IMG/VR virus record: IMGVR_UViG_3300036760_000035
Location: 1 to 52,784 of that record
From: a virus
Lineage: Duplodnaviria; Caudoviricetes
Length of the DNA: 52,784 nt
Strand: one strand, 5' to 3'
This document shows positions 26,791-36,607 of the stretch, one piece after another. Under the pieces are notes generated by a model. That model searched no databases, was not told the DNA's origin, and saw only the letters and a list, made by a program, of their open reading frames with translations. Numbering within the stretch: the first letter of the stretch is position 1; each line of letters starts with the position of its first letter. A program made the translations under genes and the position numbers.

Positions 26791-29034
26791 ATGACCTTAA
26801 CTGAAAATGGCAGACTTGTAATGGAGAGAAGAATTTCTCCAAGGGATGCAGATGGCAATCCCACAGAGACACCAGAAGAAACATTTGAAAGAGTTGCCAG
26901 CGCGGTTGCCGCTGGCGATCTTATGTTCGGAAGCACACCGGAGCAGTTAAAGAAAATACATGATAAGTTTTACAGACTGTTATCCAGCCTGGACTTTCTT
27001 CCTAATTCCCCAACGTTAGTAAATGCAGGTAGAGAGATTGGGCAGCTATCAGCCTGTTTTGTTATCCCGGTTGAAGATTCAATGGAGGATATTTTTAATG
27101 CTGTCAAGAACGCTGCGCTTATACATAAAACCGGGGGAGGCACCGGCTTTTCATTCTCCAAACTACGAGCAGAAGGTAGCAGAGTTGATAAGACAAACGG
27201 AATCGCAAGCGGGCCTGTGTCCTTTATGCAGGTATTCGATAAGGCAACTGAGGTTATCAAGCAAGGGGGGGTTAGACGTGGAGCTAACATGGGAATCTTG
27301 CGAATCGACCACCCCGATATCAGATCATTCATTCGAGTTAAAGACGATCTAAAGACCCTTACAAACTTTAATATCTCTGTTGCTGTTACTGACGCATTTA
27401 TGGATGCTCTCGATAAGAATGCTAGATATAATCTTATTGATCCTAAGACGCAAGAAGCGACGGGATCTCTTAATGCAAATGAAGTCTGGCAAGAGATTAT
27501 TCAATCTGCATGGAAAACCGGTGATCCGGGACTTGTCTTCATTGACAGGATTAATGCAAGTAGGGCGAACCCGGTACCATCGCTTGGCCCGATTGAAGCT
27601 ACAAATCCCTGTGGCGAGCAGCCACTGTATCCATATGATTCCTGTAATCTTGGAAGTATCAACTTGTCTAACTTTGTTGAAGAACAAAACGGACGGCCAG
27701 TACTTGACGGCGGCAGGCTGATGGAGACAGTAGAAGATGCTGTGCATTTTCTTGATAATGTGATTGAAATAAATAAGTATCCATTACCAGAGATTGACAA
27801 AGTTTCTAAGGCAATCAGGCGAATTGGCCTTGGGGTTATGGGGTTCGCAGATATGCTTATCAAGCTTAAGATAAGATATGGGAGTAACGATTCTCTTGAA
27901 GTGGCAGAGAATATTGCTAAGATAATTGCAAATACTGCCGACCAGAAATCTACCCAACTTGCATTTGCAAGAGGGGCATTCCCACTATATCCGGTATCTA
28001 TTTACAAGGATACTCCAATAAGAAACTCAACAAGAACAACCATAGCCCCCACTGGAACCATCTCTATTATCGCTGGGTGTTCTTCTGGTATTGAGCCTGT
28101 GTATGCATTTAACTTGATAAGAAGTCATTATCTTGATAAAGATGATCCTTCCAAGCGCCATGAAATGGAAGAATGGCATCCGTTATATGAAGCATGGCGC
28201 CTTGCTCATCCAAATCTCCCCCGCCCAGACTATCTTGTTGAAGCAAAGGACATCTCTGTTTCGGAACATGTTGCGATGCAGGCTGCGTGGCAGCGACAGG
28301 TTGATAACTGTGTGTCTAAGACGATCAATCTTCCTAACAGTGCAGATTATGAATTAGTTGATTTGGCTTACAGAGAAGCCTGGGGGATGGGATGTAATGG
28401 AATCACCATCTATAGAGATGGTTGTAGGGATAATCAAGTATTAAGAGAGGAACCAAAAGATGAACAGTCTACCATATCACATAAAAGCCACAACGAAGAA
28501 GTGGTATTGCCAGACCAGCCTGAGCAAGAAGGAGTGGGCGAACCTACTCCCCTCGACACACTTACCAAAAACAGAAGAGTTTCCATTAGCGATACAAGAC
28601 CTGGTATCATCCATAAATTCCGAATTGGAGATTTTAAGGCGTACATTATTGTTGGAATTTCAGATACTGGATCCCCGCGTGAAGTCTTTATCATTGGAAG
28701 TAAAATCGGAAGCACAACGAGGGGGTACCTTGACTCTATCGGTACCCTCATATCAACAGCCCTCCGCAACGGTATCCCTGTCGAGGCCGTTGTCCAGAAG
28801 CTTATCGGAACTAAATTCGAACCCTCTGGCTTCACTGGGGATGGAGCTATTCCCGTTGCGAGCAGCATTCTTGATTATGTTGGCTTATGGCTTAGGAGCA
28901 AATTTTCCCAACCAGACACTGATAAAGTATTTAAGACAGTGCATGGTGACTTATGCCCTGAATGTGACGCCGGACTTTACTACGGAGAGGGCTGTTTAAC
29001 ATGCGTGTCTTGCGGATACTCGAAGTGTGGCTAA
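26791..29034 (+). CDS. nrdJ: Class II (adenosylcobalamin-dependent) ribonucleotide reductase with C-terminal TSCPD-like domain
   Basis: PNSPTL, SACFV, GGGTG, RRGANM, TNPCGEQ, CNLGSINL, TIAPTGTIS and terminal Cys cluster; no beta-subunit gene in the genome. Confidence 0.92.
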   Translation: MTLTENGRLVMERRISPRDADGNPTETPEETFERVASAVAAGDLMFGSTPEQLKKIHDKFYRLLSSLDFLPNSPTLVNAGREIGQLSACFVIPVEDSMEDIFNAVKNAALIHKTGGGTGFSFSKLRAEGSRVDKTNGIASGPVSFMQVFDKATEVIKQGGVRRGANMGILRIDHPDIRSFIRVKDDLKTLTNFNISVAVTDAFMDALDKNARYNLIDPKTQEATGSLNANEVWQEIIQSAWKTGDPGLVFIDRINASRANPVPSLGPIEATNPCGEQPLYPYDSCNLGSINLSNFVEEQNGRPVLDGGRLMETVEDAVHFLDNVIEINKYPLPEIDKVSKAIRRIGLGVMGFADMLIKLKIRYGSNDSLEVAENIAKIIANTADQKSTQLAFARGAFPLYPVSIYKDTPIRNSTRTTIAPTGTISIIAGCSSGIEPVYAFNLIRSHYLDKDDPSKRHEMEEWHPLYEAWRLAHPNLPRPDYLVEAKDISVSEHVAMQAAWQRQVDNCVSKTINLPNSADYELVDLAYREAWGMGCNGITIYRDGCRDNQVLREEPKDEQSTISHKSHNEEVVLPDQPEQEGVGEPTPLDTLTKNRRVSISDTRPGIIHKFRIGDFKAYIIVGISDTGSPREVFIIGSKIGSTTRGYLDSIGTLISTALRNGIPVEAVVQKLIGTKFEPSGFTGDGAIPVASSILDYVGLWLRSKFSQPDTDKVFKTVHGDLCPECDAGLYYGEGCLTCVSCGYSKCG

Positions 29035-29049
29035 AGAAAGGACTTATTT

Positions 29050-29382
29050 ATGTCAAAGCGCCCAGCGTATAGATCTCCGAAAGACCTGTGTAGGGCATAT
29101 GCCAACATGGCTGAATCTTTTTTGTCTAATCAACAGAGTATCTCTGGTTTACCGAAGAGGTTCAGTGGCTTTGCAACACCGTTATTTGGTGATTACATTA
29201 TGGTCTGGCAATACAATAGCAATAAGTTGATTGGATGTACAATTCTTCATAAGAACAATGCCGTTAATCTTGCAAAGAAATTGTTGGATGCAGTAACTTC
29301 TTATGATTACCTACTTGCATCACAACAAGTTACTGCTAAGCTAGAGGAATCTGCCGATGACGAATCTATCGAACCAGGGTAG
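29050..29382 (+). CDS. Hypothetical protein
   Basis: AAGGA RBS; lies between nrdJ and the helicase. Confidence 0.65.
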   Translation: MSKRPAYRSPKDLCRAYANMAESFLSNQQSISGLPKRFSGFATPLFGDYIMVWQYNSNKLIGCTILHKNNAVNLAKKLLDAVTSYDYLLASQQVTAKLEESADDESIEPG

Positions 29383-30763
29383 TTCTCTATCACCGGCAAA
29401 CGCAGAGGCAGAGCGTCACATAATCGGGGCGCTCGTTCTGTCTCCAGATGAAATATCATTAGCAATGACTAAAATAAACAGGGAGGATTTCTATTACAAG
29501 CCTTACAGTTATATCTTTGATGCACTCTGTCAATTATCGGTTGACGGAAAACCAATTACACCAGATACAATTGCAAATGTACTCTCGGGAAAGCGCCAGG
29601 TTGCGAGCACGGAATCGCTGCTCGAAATGGTGGGAGGCGCTGGAGGAATCATTGATACGCTTACCGGCGTCAGCGCTGGAGAACTTGACTTCTGGATTGC
29701 GGAAGTAAAATCTAAGTCATCTTCTAGAGATCTTCTCAGATTACTTGATTCATCTCGTATTGAACTCCTGAAAGGCGATATCGACGTTGACAACCTGAGA
29801 TCTAAGATAGAAGAACGGCTTATAGCATCCACCGGCACTAAATCGTCCAGTGTATCTATGGAAGTAGCATGTGATGAATTAACAGAAAGGCTGAACAAGT
29901 ATTTTGACAACCCGGATTCAATTCCTGGACTCACTACCGGGTGGCCTAAATTTGATAAAACGATCGATGGATTCCAAGCTGGAAATGTGTCCATTGTGTA
30001 TGCGCCGTCTTCCCGCTACAAGTCTCTATTTGTTGCTAACCTTGGAATGTTATTTGCTAAACAAGGGGTGCCCGGTTTGTGGTTCACTACTGAGATGCCG
30101 CGTGTACAGGTTATGGAACGGCTACTTCAAATTGAATCACAGCTTAATATCAAATGGCTGAGGCGGGACAAGAAGCTTTTTGAATATCGAGAAGATCTTT
30201 TGGTTGCTAAGCGCAGAATCGTACAATATCCGATCTACTTTTGCGATACGTCACACCTTGATGTCGCAGACCTTCGAGCCGAGGTTAATCGTCACAAAAG
30301 GTGGCACAATATTGATTACATTATCATTGATCTTGTAGATCACGTTTCATCCAGCAGCTTCAAAGATGAGATGGTCAATAATCAGCGTGTGGTTATGAGT
30401 TCAATGAAGGCTATCGCAAAAGACTTCGATATTCATGTAGTCCTCGTCTCGCACACGGCCAAAGATCGAGGCGCTCCAGCGCAAGCCGACCTGAATGTTG
30501 AAGAGATGATTGGCTCAGCATCTAAATTTCAGGATGTTGATTGTGCCATTTCGGTTATGCCAGTGAAATTCAACATGGATGGCAGGCTTGTCGGCCTGGA
30601 GAGAGATGAAATCCTTAACAGAATTTCAGATACTGGAACTTTGCAGATGCTTATATCTGTAACCAAGAATAGGCACGGAGAGCTGATACGATATGCAATG
30701 AAGTTGGACTGGAATAGGGGTGGTATATTTGAACCAATAGTTGAACAAAGACTATTTGCTTGA
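29357..30763 (+). CDS. dnaB: DnaB-like replicative helicase
   Basis: EAERHIIGAL, EDFY, GLTTGW..FD..IDG, TEM, IIIDLV, LVSH, QDVD and KNRHG motifs. Confidence 0.9.
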   Translation: MTNLSNQGSSLSPANAEAERHIIGALVLSPDEISLAMTKINREDFYYKPYSYIFDALCQLSVDGKPITPDTIANVLSGKRQVASTESLLEMVGGAGGIIDTLTGVSAGELDFWIAEVKSKSSSRDLLRLLDSSRIELLKGDIDVDNLRSKIEERLIASTGTKSSSVSMEVACDELTERLNKYFDNPDSIPGLTTGWPKFDKTIDGFQAGNVSIVYAPSSRYKSLFVANLGMLFAKQGVPGLWFTTEMPRVQVMERLLQIESQLNIKWLRRDKKLFEYREDLLVAKRRIVQYPIYFCDTSHLDVADLRAEVNRHKRWHNIDYIIIDLVDHVSSSSFKDEMVNNQRVVMSSMKAIAKDFDIHVVLVSHTAKDRGAPAQADLNVEEMIGSASKFQDVDCAISVMPVKFNMDGRLVGLERDEILNRISDTGTLQMLISVTKNRHGELIRYAMKLDWNRGGIFEPIVEQRLFA

Positions 30764-30790
30764 AGATAATTTCCATGTAATAATAAATAC

Positions 30791-31015
30791 ATGGAATATC
30801 CACCATGTTTTGATTCAGAGGAACAGTTTGAGTTATATGTAGATCTTCTCAGGGATACGGAGGAGGACGAAAAGAATTTCTGCCTGGATTGTAATCCAGA
30901 TTATAGACATGCAATGATTAGCCTTGGGCGGTGTATCCGCCCCAAGGCTATTTTTGTGTGCGAAGCAAACGAGGATGACGACCAAGAGGAATCTTGGAAA
31001 GGGCGACCTCGTTAA
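30791..31015 (+). CDS. Small hypothetical protein (PPCF...FCLDC...C)
   Basis: Follows a TTGCTT-type promoter at 30756, apparently leaderless. Confidence 0.65.
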   Translation: MEYPPCFDSEEQFELYVDLLRDTEEDEKNFCLDCNPDYRHAMISLGRCIRPKAIFVCEANEDDDQEESWKGRPR

Positions 31016-31066
31016 ACACGGTATGGTATCATATATATATGAAATTTAATACTAAGGGATATTGGT

Positions 31067-31588
31067 ATGGCTATTAAGTCATTCTATTCACAGAAAGAAC
31101 AGGATGCTATTATAGTTTTCCTTGGGAAGTCTGGACAGAATTATGAGCGGTATTATGAGTTTGTGGAAGCGAATGGTTGGCGGCATTGGTCTAAGTTCTA
31201 CTTCAACAAGTGGTATACTCGACATAGTGATAAGATAAAAATCGCCCGTGCAATTCAAAGAGAATCTATTCAAAAGATCTCTACCTTCGACCGCCCGGCA
31301 AGGATAGACGAACTAGAGAGAACCATAGATCAGATTAAACTTTATCTACGATCTAGTGGAATTAAAGAACATGTGTGTAAAGAGTGTAATGAATTACATA
31401 ATCCACTTAAGCCTGAATTATTTTTGAGAATGATTGCACAGAAGTCTAAGCTATTAGAACAAATCGCAAAAGAGAAGAATGAATGGATGAAAGAGGCCAA
31501 AGTAGATGAACCTGATCTGGGACGATCAATTAGGGATTACGCTTTCAGATCAATTACCGAGAACCAAGAGAAAGAAGACCATACTTGA
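31067..31588 (+). CDS. Putative terminase small subunit
   Basis: Helical protein upstream of HNH and TerL; R..RI.EL...LLEQIAKE pattern. Confidence 0.5.
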   Translation: MAIKSFYSQKEQDAIIVFLGKSGQNYERYYEFVEANGWRHWSKFYFNKWYTRHSDKIKIARAIQRESIQKISTFDRPARIDELERTIDQIKLYLRSSGIKEHVCKECNELHNPLKPELFLRMIAQKSKLLEQIAKEKNEWMKEAKVDEPDLGRSIRDYAFRSITENQEKEDHT

Positions 31589-31796
31589 TAAATCAGTCTG
31601 GGATAAAATCAAAGAAAACTTTGGAGACCGGTGCGCTTACTGTCTTTGGTTTGGAGCACGGCTTACAAGAGACCATATTCAGCCACTGGCGAAGGGCGGG
31701 GTATCCTCTCCAGATAACATTGTCCCGGCATGTCCCGATTGCAATCAGCGGAAAGCTAACAGAAGCTTATTGGAAATTATAAAGGAAATTACTTAG
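31506..31796 (+). CDS. HNH endonuclease
   Basis: CAYC, DHIQPLAKGG and NIVPACPDCN..K; true start may be near 31581. Confidence 0.9.
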   Translation: MNLIWDDQLGITLSDQLPRTKRKKTILDKSVWDKIKENFGDRCAYCLWFGARLTRDHIQPLAKGGVSSPDNIVPACPDCNQRKANRSLLEIIKEIT

Positions 31797-31892
31797 ATGG
31801 TACATAGAATCAAAGATTCTATTACACAGTGGAATTCAGAAAGGATTCAACATGGATCGATTACCCTACCAGGCCTGTCTTCCATATTATGA
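31797..31892 (+). CDS. Leader mini-ORF B (MVHRIKDSITQWNSERIQHGSITLPGLSSIL) overlapping the terL start
   Basis: ATG directly follows the HNH stop; AAGGA upstream; homologous to 145..213. Confidence 0.55.
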   Translation: MVHRIKDSITQWNSERIQHGSITLPGLSSIL

Positions 31893-34392
31893 TGCGCTCG
31901 GATTAGAATTCAAGAATAATAATCCTGCACAGTATGAAGTTCTTATTGGAGATGATAGATTTCCATGCATCATAGGTGGTGAGCGTGGAGGTAAGGCGCT
32001 GGATATAAATACGATCATCCCCACAACGAATGGGATGAAATTTATGAAAGACATAATAGCTGGTGATTATGTCTTCGGGGATGATGGGCTTCCGGCAATG
32101 GTTGTTGCAACATCCGGGATACAGGATAATCGTCCGTGCTCTAAAATAATCTTTGATGATGGATCAGAAATTATAGCAGATGATGAACACGAATGGGCAA
32201 CACAAACTTCTAATGAAAGAAAGAATTCTAGAAGAATAAAGATAAATAAAAAAGAACAACGAATTGTGCAGTCGCCACTAGTTAGTGATAGAAAGTTTGG
32301 AATTAGAACTACTTCTGAAATTTCTAATTCTCTTATTATAACAGGACAAAATAGATCTGATTATGCAAATCATACAATAGTCAATTCTATGCCTGTTCAA
32401 TATGCGAAACAGAAACTAGAAATCGAGCCATATACATTAGGCATATGGCTAGGAGACGGGCACAGCGGCGGAGCGTATTTTACAACAAATGATATAGAAG
32501 TAGTAGAAAACATATCTAAAATTTATCCTGTTAAAAAAGTAAAATCAATATATACCTGGAAGTTTGGTGAAAAAGGAGAAATAATAAAACTTCTTAGATC
32601 ACTAAACATATTCAAAAATAAACACATTCCCACAAAGTATTTAGAATCTTCTATTGAAGATCGTATTAGCCTGCTCCATGGATTAATGGATTCTGATGGA
32701 TATATAGATTCAAGAGGTCAGTGTTATTTTGATAATACTAACAAAAATATAATAGATGGAATAAGAAAACTATTATCGAGTTTAGGGATAAAATCCTATG
32801 TTACAGAATCAATTGCCAAATTATATGGAAAAAACTGTGGAAAAACATGGACTGTTTTTTTTGTTACAGATTTTCATGTTAGTAGAATTAAAAGAAAATA
32901 TGAAAGACAAAAATTATCAGTTGGCAAAAATGCAAAACAAAGATCAATCATATCAATTGAAAAAGTAAAGTCTGTTCCAGTTAAATGTATTGAAGTAGAT
33001 AATAAGTCCCATTTATATCTTGCGGGGGAAACATACATTCCCACCCATAATTCATTCGTTGCAGCGGCGATACTACTGCCACATTTGCTTTTACTTCCAT
33101 TAATAAGAAAAGACAGATTCTTTAATGAGAATGGTAAACCTAAGTTCAACTACCTTGACAAAACAGTCAGGCCGTTGCAGCCAGACTTTGTAATCTTTGG
33201 CCCTAACTATCGCGAGCCACGAATCGAATTTGAGATGGTTGAGACATGGCTCCGTGAGCTAGGCATGATAGCACGCCTCAGTAAGCCCACAGAGGGGGCG
33301 TGGCGGCTCGTGACGAAGGACGGGGTTGTATTGCAGACATGGAGCACTGATGACCCTATGGGTATCCGTGGACTCGACCTGGAGGGGGCTATCGCTGCCG
33401 AGTGTGGCAATATGGAATACGAGTCCATCCTGAGAATCCAGGGTAGAATTTCATCTAAGCGTGGGTTTCTTATCTATGAAGGAACAATGGAGAATTCTAA
33501 AAGATGGTTCGTCAAATTCTCTATCGAAGGCCGCAGGCAGAATAAGTACAGGATTAAGACTTACTCTATTCCTACATGGTGCAATCTCCATGAGTTTCCA
33601 GGAGGCGAGAACGATCCTGAGATACTAAGATTAAAGCAATTATATCCAGAAGACACATGGGCTATGCGTATTGCGGCAGAGCCAATCCCCCCGCGCGAGC
33701 GCGTGATTAACGAGATACACGAAACACATATTAGAAAAGTTAAGTTCCCAAGAGATGATAATGGAAAGATATCTTGCAACATAGAACTCTGGATTGATCC
33801 TGGATATAATCCATCTGCATATGCTGTGTTATGGGTTGCATGGTGGAACACTGATAAAGGAAAGATCTTCTACGTCTTCGACGAATTCTACGAGCAGAAA
33901 ATGCAAACAGAAGATGTGATTCAGAGATGTATACGGCATAAGTTTTATAAGTTCATTAAGCAAGACGGAATTGTAATAGATGTTTCAGCTAAACGTCACG
34001 CCGACGGGAATGAGCCCGCCGTTGAGATATACAGAAAAAGAATGCACAAAGAACCATATACAAAGTACTGGCATGAGAATGCATTGATTGAAAGAATACG
34101 ATCATCTGCTCGTTCCAATCAGATATTTATACATCCTAATTGTTCTGGATTAATAGCAGAACTAGGATTAGGCGAAGAAGTATTTGACAATATGCATCCT
34201 TGGAGATTTCCAATAGGGCGAGATGGTATAATTGTTAGCGATAAGCCAGAAGATAAGTGGAACCACTCATGTAAGGCTTTGGGGTACGGACTTCTAAAAC
34301 ATTTAGGACTTGTTGAAAGACTTGGTGAACGTCCACCGATTCGGAACAGGTTGAAGAAGGTTCATAATATTTTCGATAAAAGGCATCGGTAA
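31852..34392 (+). CDS. terL: Terminase large subunit with intein
   Basis: Walker A GGERGGK/S split by an intein; GLDL....AAE, EGT, IDPG, VFDE and DKWNHSCKALGY; upstream of portal. Confidence 0.88.
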   Translation: MDRLPYQACLPYYDALGLEFKNNNPAQYEVLIGDDRFPCIIGGERGGKALDINTIIPTTNGMKFMKDIIAGDYVFGDDGLPAMVVATSGIQDNRPCSKIIFDDGSEIIADDEHEWATQTSNERKNSRRIKINKKEQRIVQSPLVSDRKFGIRTTSEISNSLIITGQNRSDYANHTIVNSMPVQYAKQKLEIEPYTLGIWLGDGHSGGAYFTTNDIEVVENISKIYPVKKVKSIYTWKFGEKGEIIKLLRSLNIFKNKHIPTKYLESSIEDRISLLHGLMDSDGYIDSRGQCYFDNTNKNIIDGIRKLLSSLGIKSYVTESIAKLYGKNCGKTWTVFFVTDFHVSRIKRKYERQKLSVGKNAKQRSIISIEKVKSVPVKCIEVDNKSHLYLAGETYIPTHNSFVAAAILLPHLLLLPLIRKDRFFNENGKPKFNYLDKTVRPLQPDFVIFGPNYREPRIEFEMVETWLRELGMIARLSKPTEGAWRLVTKDGVVLQTWSTDDPMGIRGLDLEGAIAAECGNMEYESILRIQGRISSKRGFLIYEGTMENSKRWFVKFSIEGRRQNKYRIKTYSIPTWCNLHEFPGGENDPEILRLKQLYPEDTWAMRIAAEPIPPRERVINEIHETHIRKVKFPRDDNGKISCNIELWIDPGYNPSAYAVLWVAWWNTDKGKIFYVFDEFYEQKMQTEDVIQRCIRHKFYKFIKQDGIVIDVSAKRHADGNEPAVEIYRKRMHKEPYTKYWHENALIERIRSSARSNQIFIHPNCSGLIAELGLGEEVFDNMHPWRFPIGRDGIIVSDKPEDKWNHSCKALGYGLLKHLGLVERLGERPPIRNRLKKVHNIFDKRHR
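31996..33051 (+). mobile_element. Intein (352 aa) with LAGLIDADG homing endonuclease, class-3-type
   Basis: Starts ALDINT, ends IPTHN/S; LGIWLGDG and LLHGLMDSDG endonuclease blocks; more AT-rich than the exteins. Confidence 0.92.
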
Positions 34393-34398
34393 TTCTTA

Positions 34399-36330
34399 AT
34401 GCTTCCTCCAGAGGACACTGAAAGTTGTAGATTGCTTATAACCCGGATGGAGGGTTATTACGGTACAATGATGGAATCCTTCGAAGAAGATAATAACTTT
34501 TACGAAGGAACCCTGGAGGACGTGCTTACGCTTCCAGAAGGATTTGCTGTTACCATTCCGCCAACTGGAAGAGCCATCGTAGACGAGGTTGTAGACAACA
34601 TTGAGCCATACGACCTTTTGGTGAATTACTCGCCAAGAGGATTTAGTGTTACTGCTCAGGAGAACGCTGACTCGGTACGCCGCTTCATTAAGAATATGTG
34701 GGGATCGTGGCGACAGTCAAATAATGACATTGACATTCTCAGAGACTTTATTAAGAATCTTGTTAAGAATGGCAAGGCGTGCTTTAAGCTTGTGCCAGAC
34801 TGGACACTCTGGCCTCAGCTTACAGATGATGTTATAGCGGGGCTGGAGATCTCCGGTGGCAAAGGAGCGGTAGCAGAACGCGCGAAGCTTATTCAAGAGG
34901 TTAGAAATAATAACTTTCCCGTAACAGCAAGAAGTCTTGATCCTATGCACATCATGGAAGATCCATCTATGGATGGACGTAAGCTATGGGTAATTGAAAC
35001 ATATCCAACCGATATCACCGAAATAGAAAACAGGTACGCGGAATGGGTAGAGGAGATTCGTAGTTCGCATTTCGCAGGCAACTATGTTATCCGGGAAGTC
35101 TGGACTGCAACCTGGATTGATTGGGATGGCAAGCTAAGAGAAGGTTGGCATTGGATCTTCATTAATAATGTTTGTGTCAATGGAGAGACTGATGACTTTG
35201 GTGAGCATTTAGGCGAGCCAAATATCTATCACGAGATTCCATTTGTTATTAAACACTCCGGCCTCGGGCGCGAGAGCTATGATGGCGAGCCGGAACTAAA
35301 AGCCACTGGCTTTTATTCTCTGCAAGTTAAATCAATGCTTCGTGCTGAGATTCGGAGAGTGTCACAGTTCGATGCACTTATGTCTCAGTTGGCATTTCCT
35401 ATTGTTCTTATCCCAGAATCTGTAGGAGATCTTGATTTAGACTTTAGCCCTGGTGCCATCAATCCAGTTCCAGATGAAGTTCTTGAACACAAGGACAGCC
35501 TGTTCCTACAGGCGAGACTCCCCGCACCAGAGTATTTGCAGTCTATTAACATGATTCAGAACCAGATCGAACGTGGCACTACACAACGCGCCGTTCGTGG
35601 CGCAGGGGTGCCTGGCACAGACTCTGCTGCTCAGTTGCAGATGATTACATCGCAAGCGAAACTGAGACTTGAGCCAATTAAGCGTGCGGCGGAAGAAGCA
35701 GTTGATTCTGTTAATGGATTAGTTCTTAGATACATTGATACAATATTTAAGGAACCAGTTAGCGTCTTCGGGTTAGAAACCGCAGGAGCAGATAAGTATA
35801 CCCTTAAGCCATCGCAAATTAAAGGTAAGTATAGAACCAAGACATCGTTCATGCCTAACGAAGAACAGGTAAAAGAACGGAAACTTGCTCTCGTTACAGA
35901 TGCGATTTCAAAGGCTGGCATGAATCCGTTTGATGCGTATACACAAGCAGGGTTCGAGAATCCAATGGAAATCATTGCAAGAAATCTTGCGTATGAGATT
36001 ATGCAAGAACCTACAATTAAGCGTGCGCTTGCAAAACAAGCTGCTATGGATTGGGGCCTTGACGTTCGTCAACTTGAAGCGGAGGAAATGAAAGAACAAT
36101 TAGAACTTCAATCAGTTGTTCAACAGTGGCAGCAAATGATGAGTGGACAAATGATTCAACCTGGACAATCACAACAACAATCACCTGATCAATCATCAGG
36201 ATTTGGCGGCGCGGGCGGTGGCGGGGGGAACGGCGCACCCCAGACTGAGCAAGCGCCGCAAGCCGTAGGCGCGCCCGTGGGGGGGCCAGCACAGGCCCCG
36301 CCGGGGCTAGGAGCGGGTGATGTCGGATAG
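34399..36330 (+). CDS. Portal protein
   Basis: Directly after TerL; 643 aa; SPGAINPV and G..SA..L motifs; low-complexity tail. Confidence 0.8.
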   Translation: MLPPEDTESCRLLITRMEGYYGTMMESFEEDNNFYEGTLEDVLTLPEGFAVTIPPTGRAIVDEVVDNIEPYDLLVNYSPRGFSVTAQENADSVRRFIKNMWGSWRQSNNDIDILRDFIKNLVKNGKACFKLVPDWTLWPQLTDDVIAGLEISGGKGAVAERAKLIQEVRNNNFPVTARSLDPMHIMEDPSMDGRKLWVIETYPTDITEIENRYAEWVEEIRSSHFAGNYVIREVWTATWIDWDGKLREGWHWIFINNVCVNGETDDFGEHLGEPNIYHEIPFVIKHSGLGRESYDGEPELKATGFYSLQVKSMLRAEIRRVSQFDALMSQLAFPIVLIPESVGDLDLDFSPGAINPVPDEVLEHKDSLFLQARLPAPEYLQSINMIQNQIERGTTQRAVRGAGVPGTDSAAQLQMITSQAKLRLEPIKRAAEEAVDSVNGLVLRYIDTIFKEPVSVFGLETAGADKYTLKPSQIKGKYRTKTSFMPNEEQVKERKLALVTDAISKAGMNPFDAYTQAGFENPMEIIARNLAYEIMQEPTIKRALAKQAAMDWGLDVRQLEAEEMKEQLELQSVVQQWQQMMSGQMIQPGQSQQQSPDQSSGFGGAGGGGGNGAPQTEQAPQAVGAPVGGPAQAPPGLGAGDVG

Positions 36331-36604
36331 AAGACAAGGTACACTTCTAAACCAGGTTAATGAACATGTAAAGAATTTTATGAGTGAAACCAGTAAAACT
36401 TTATCTGGTATGCAGTCATCTAAAATCGGAACTGTTAATCGTAGTGATTCAGAACAACTAGCTTTGTGGGATAAGTTAAAAACTATGGAACCACAACAGC
36501 GCCAGAGTATAATGTTAATGCTAGCCTCTCGTGCAAAACATCAGGGTACCCAAATGGACGCCTGTGAGTTTTGCAAATTTATTGCTAAGCATTCAGGTAA
36601 ATAA
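36317..36604 (+). CDS. Hypothetical protein
   Basis: AGGAG RBS; lies between portal and ejection genes. Confidence 0.65.
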   Translation: MMSDRRQGTLLNQVNEHVKNFMSETSKTLSGMQSSKIGTVNRSDSEQLALWDKLKTMEPQQRQSIMLMLASRAKHQGTQMDACEFCKFIAKHSGK

Positions 36605-36607
36605 ATA

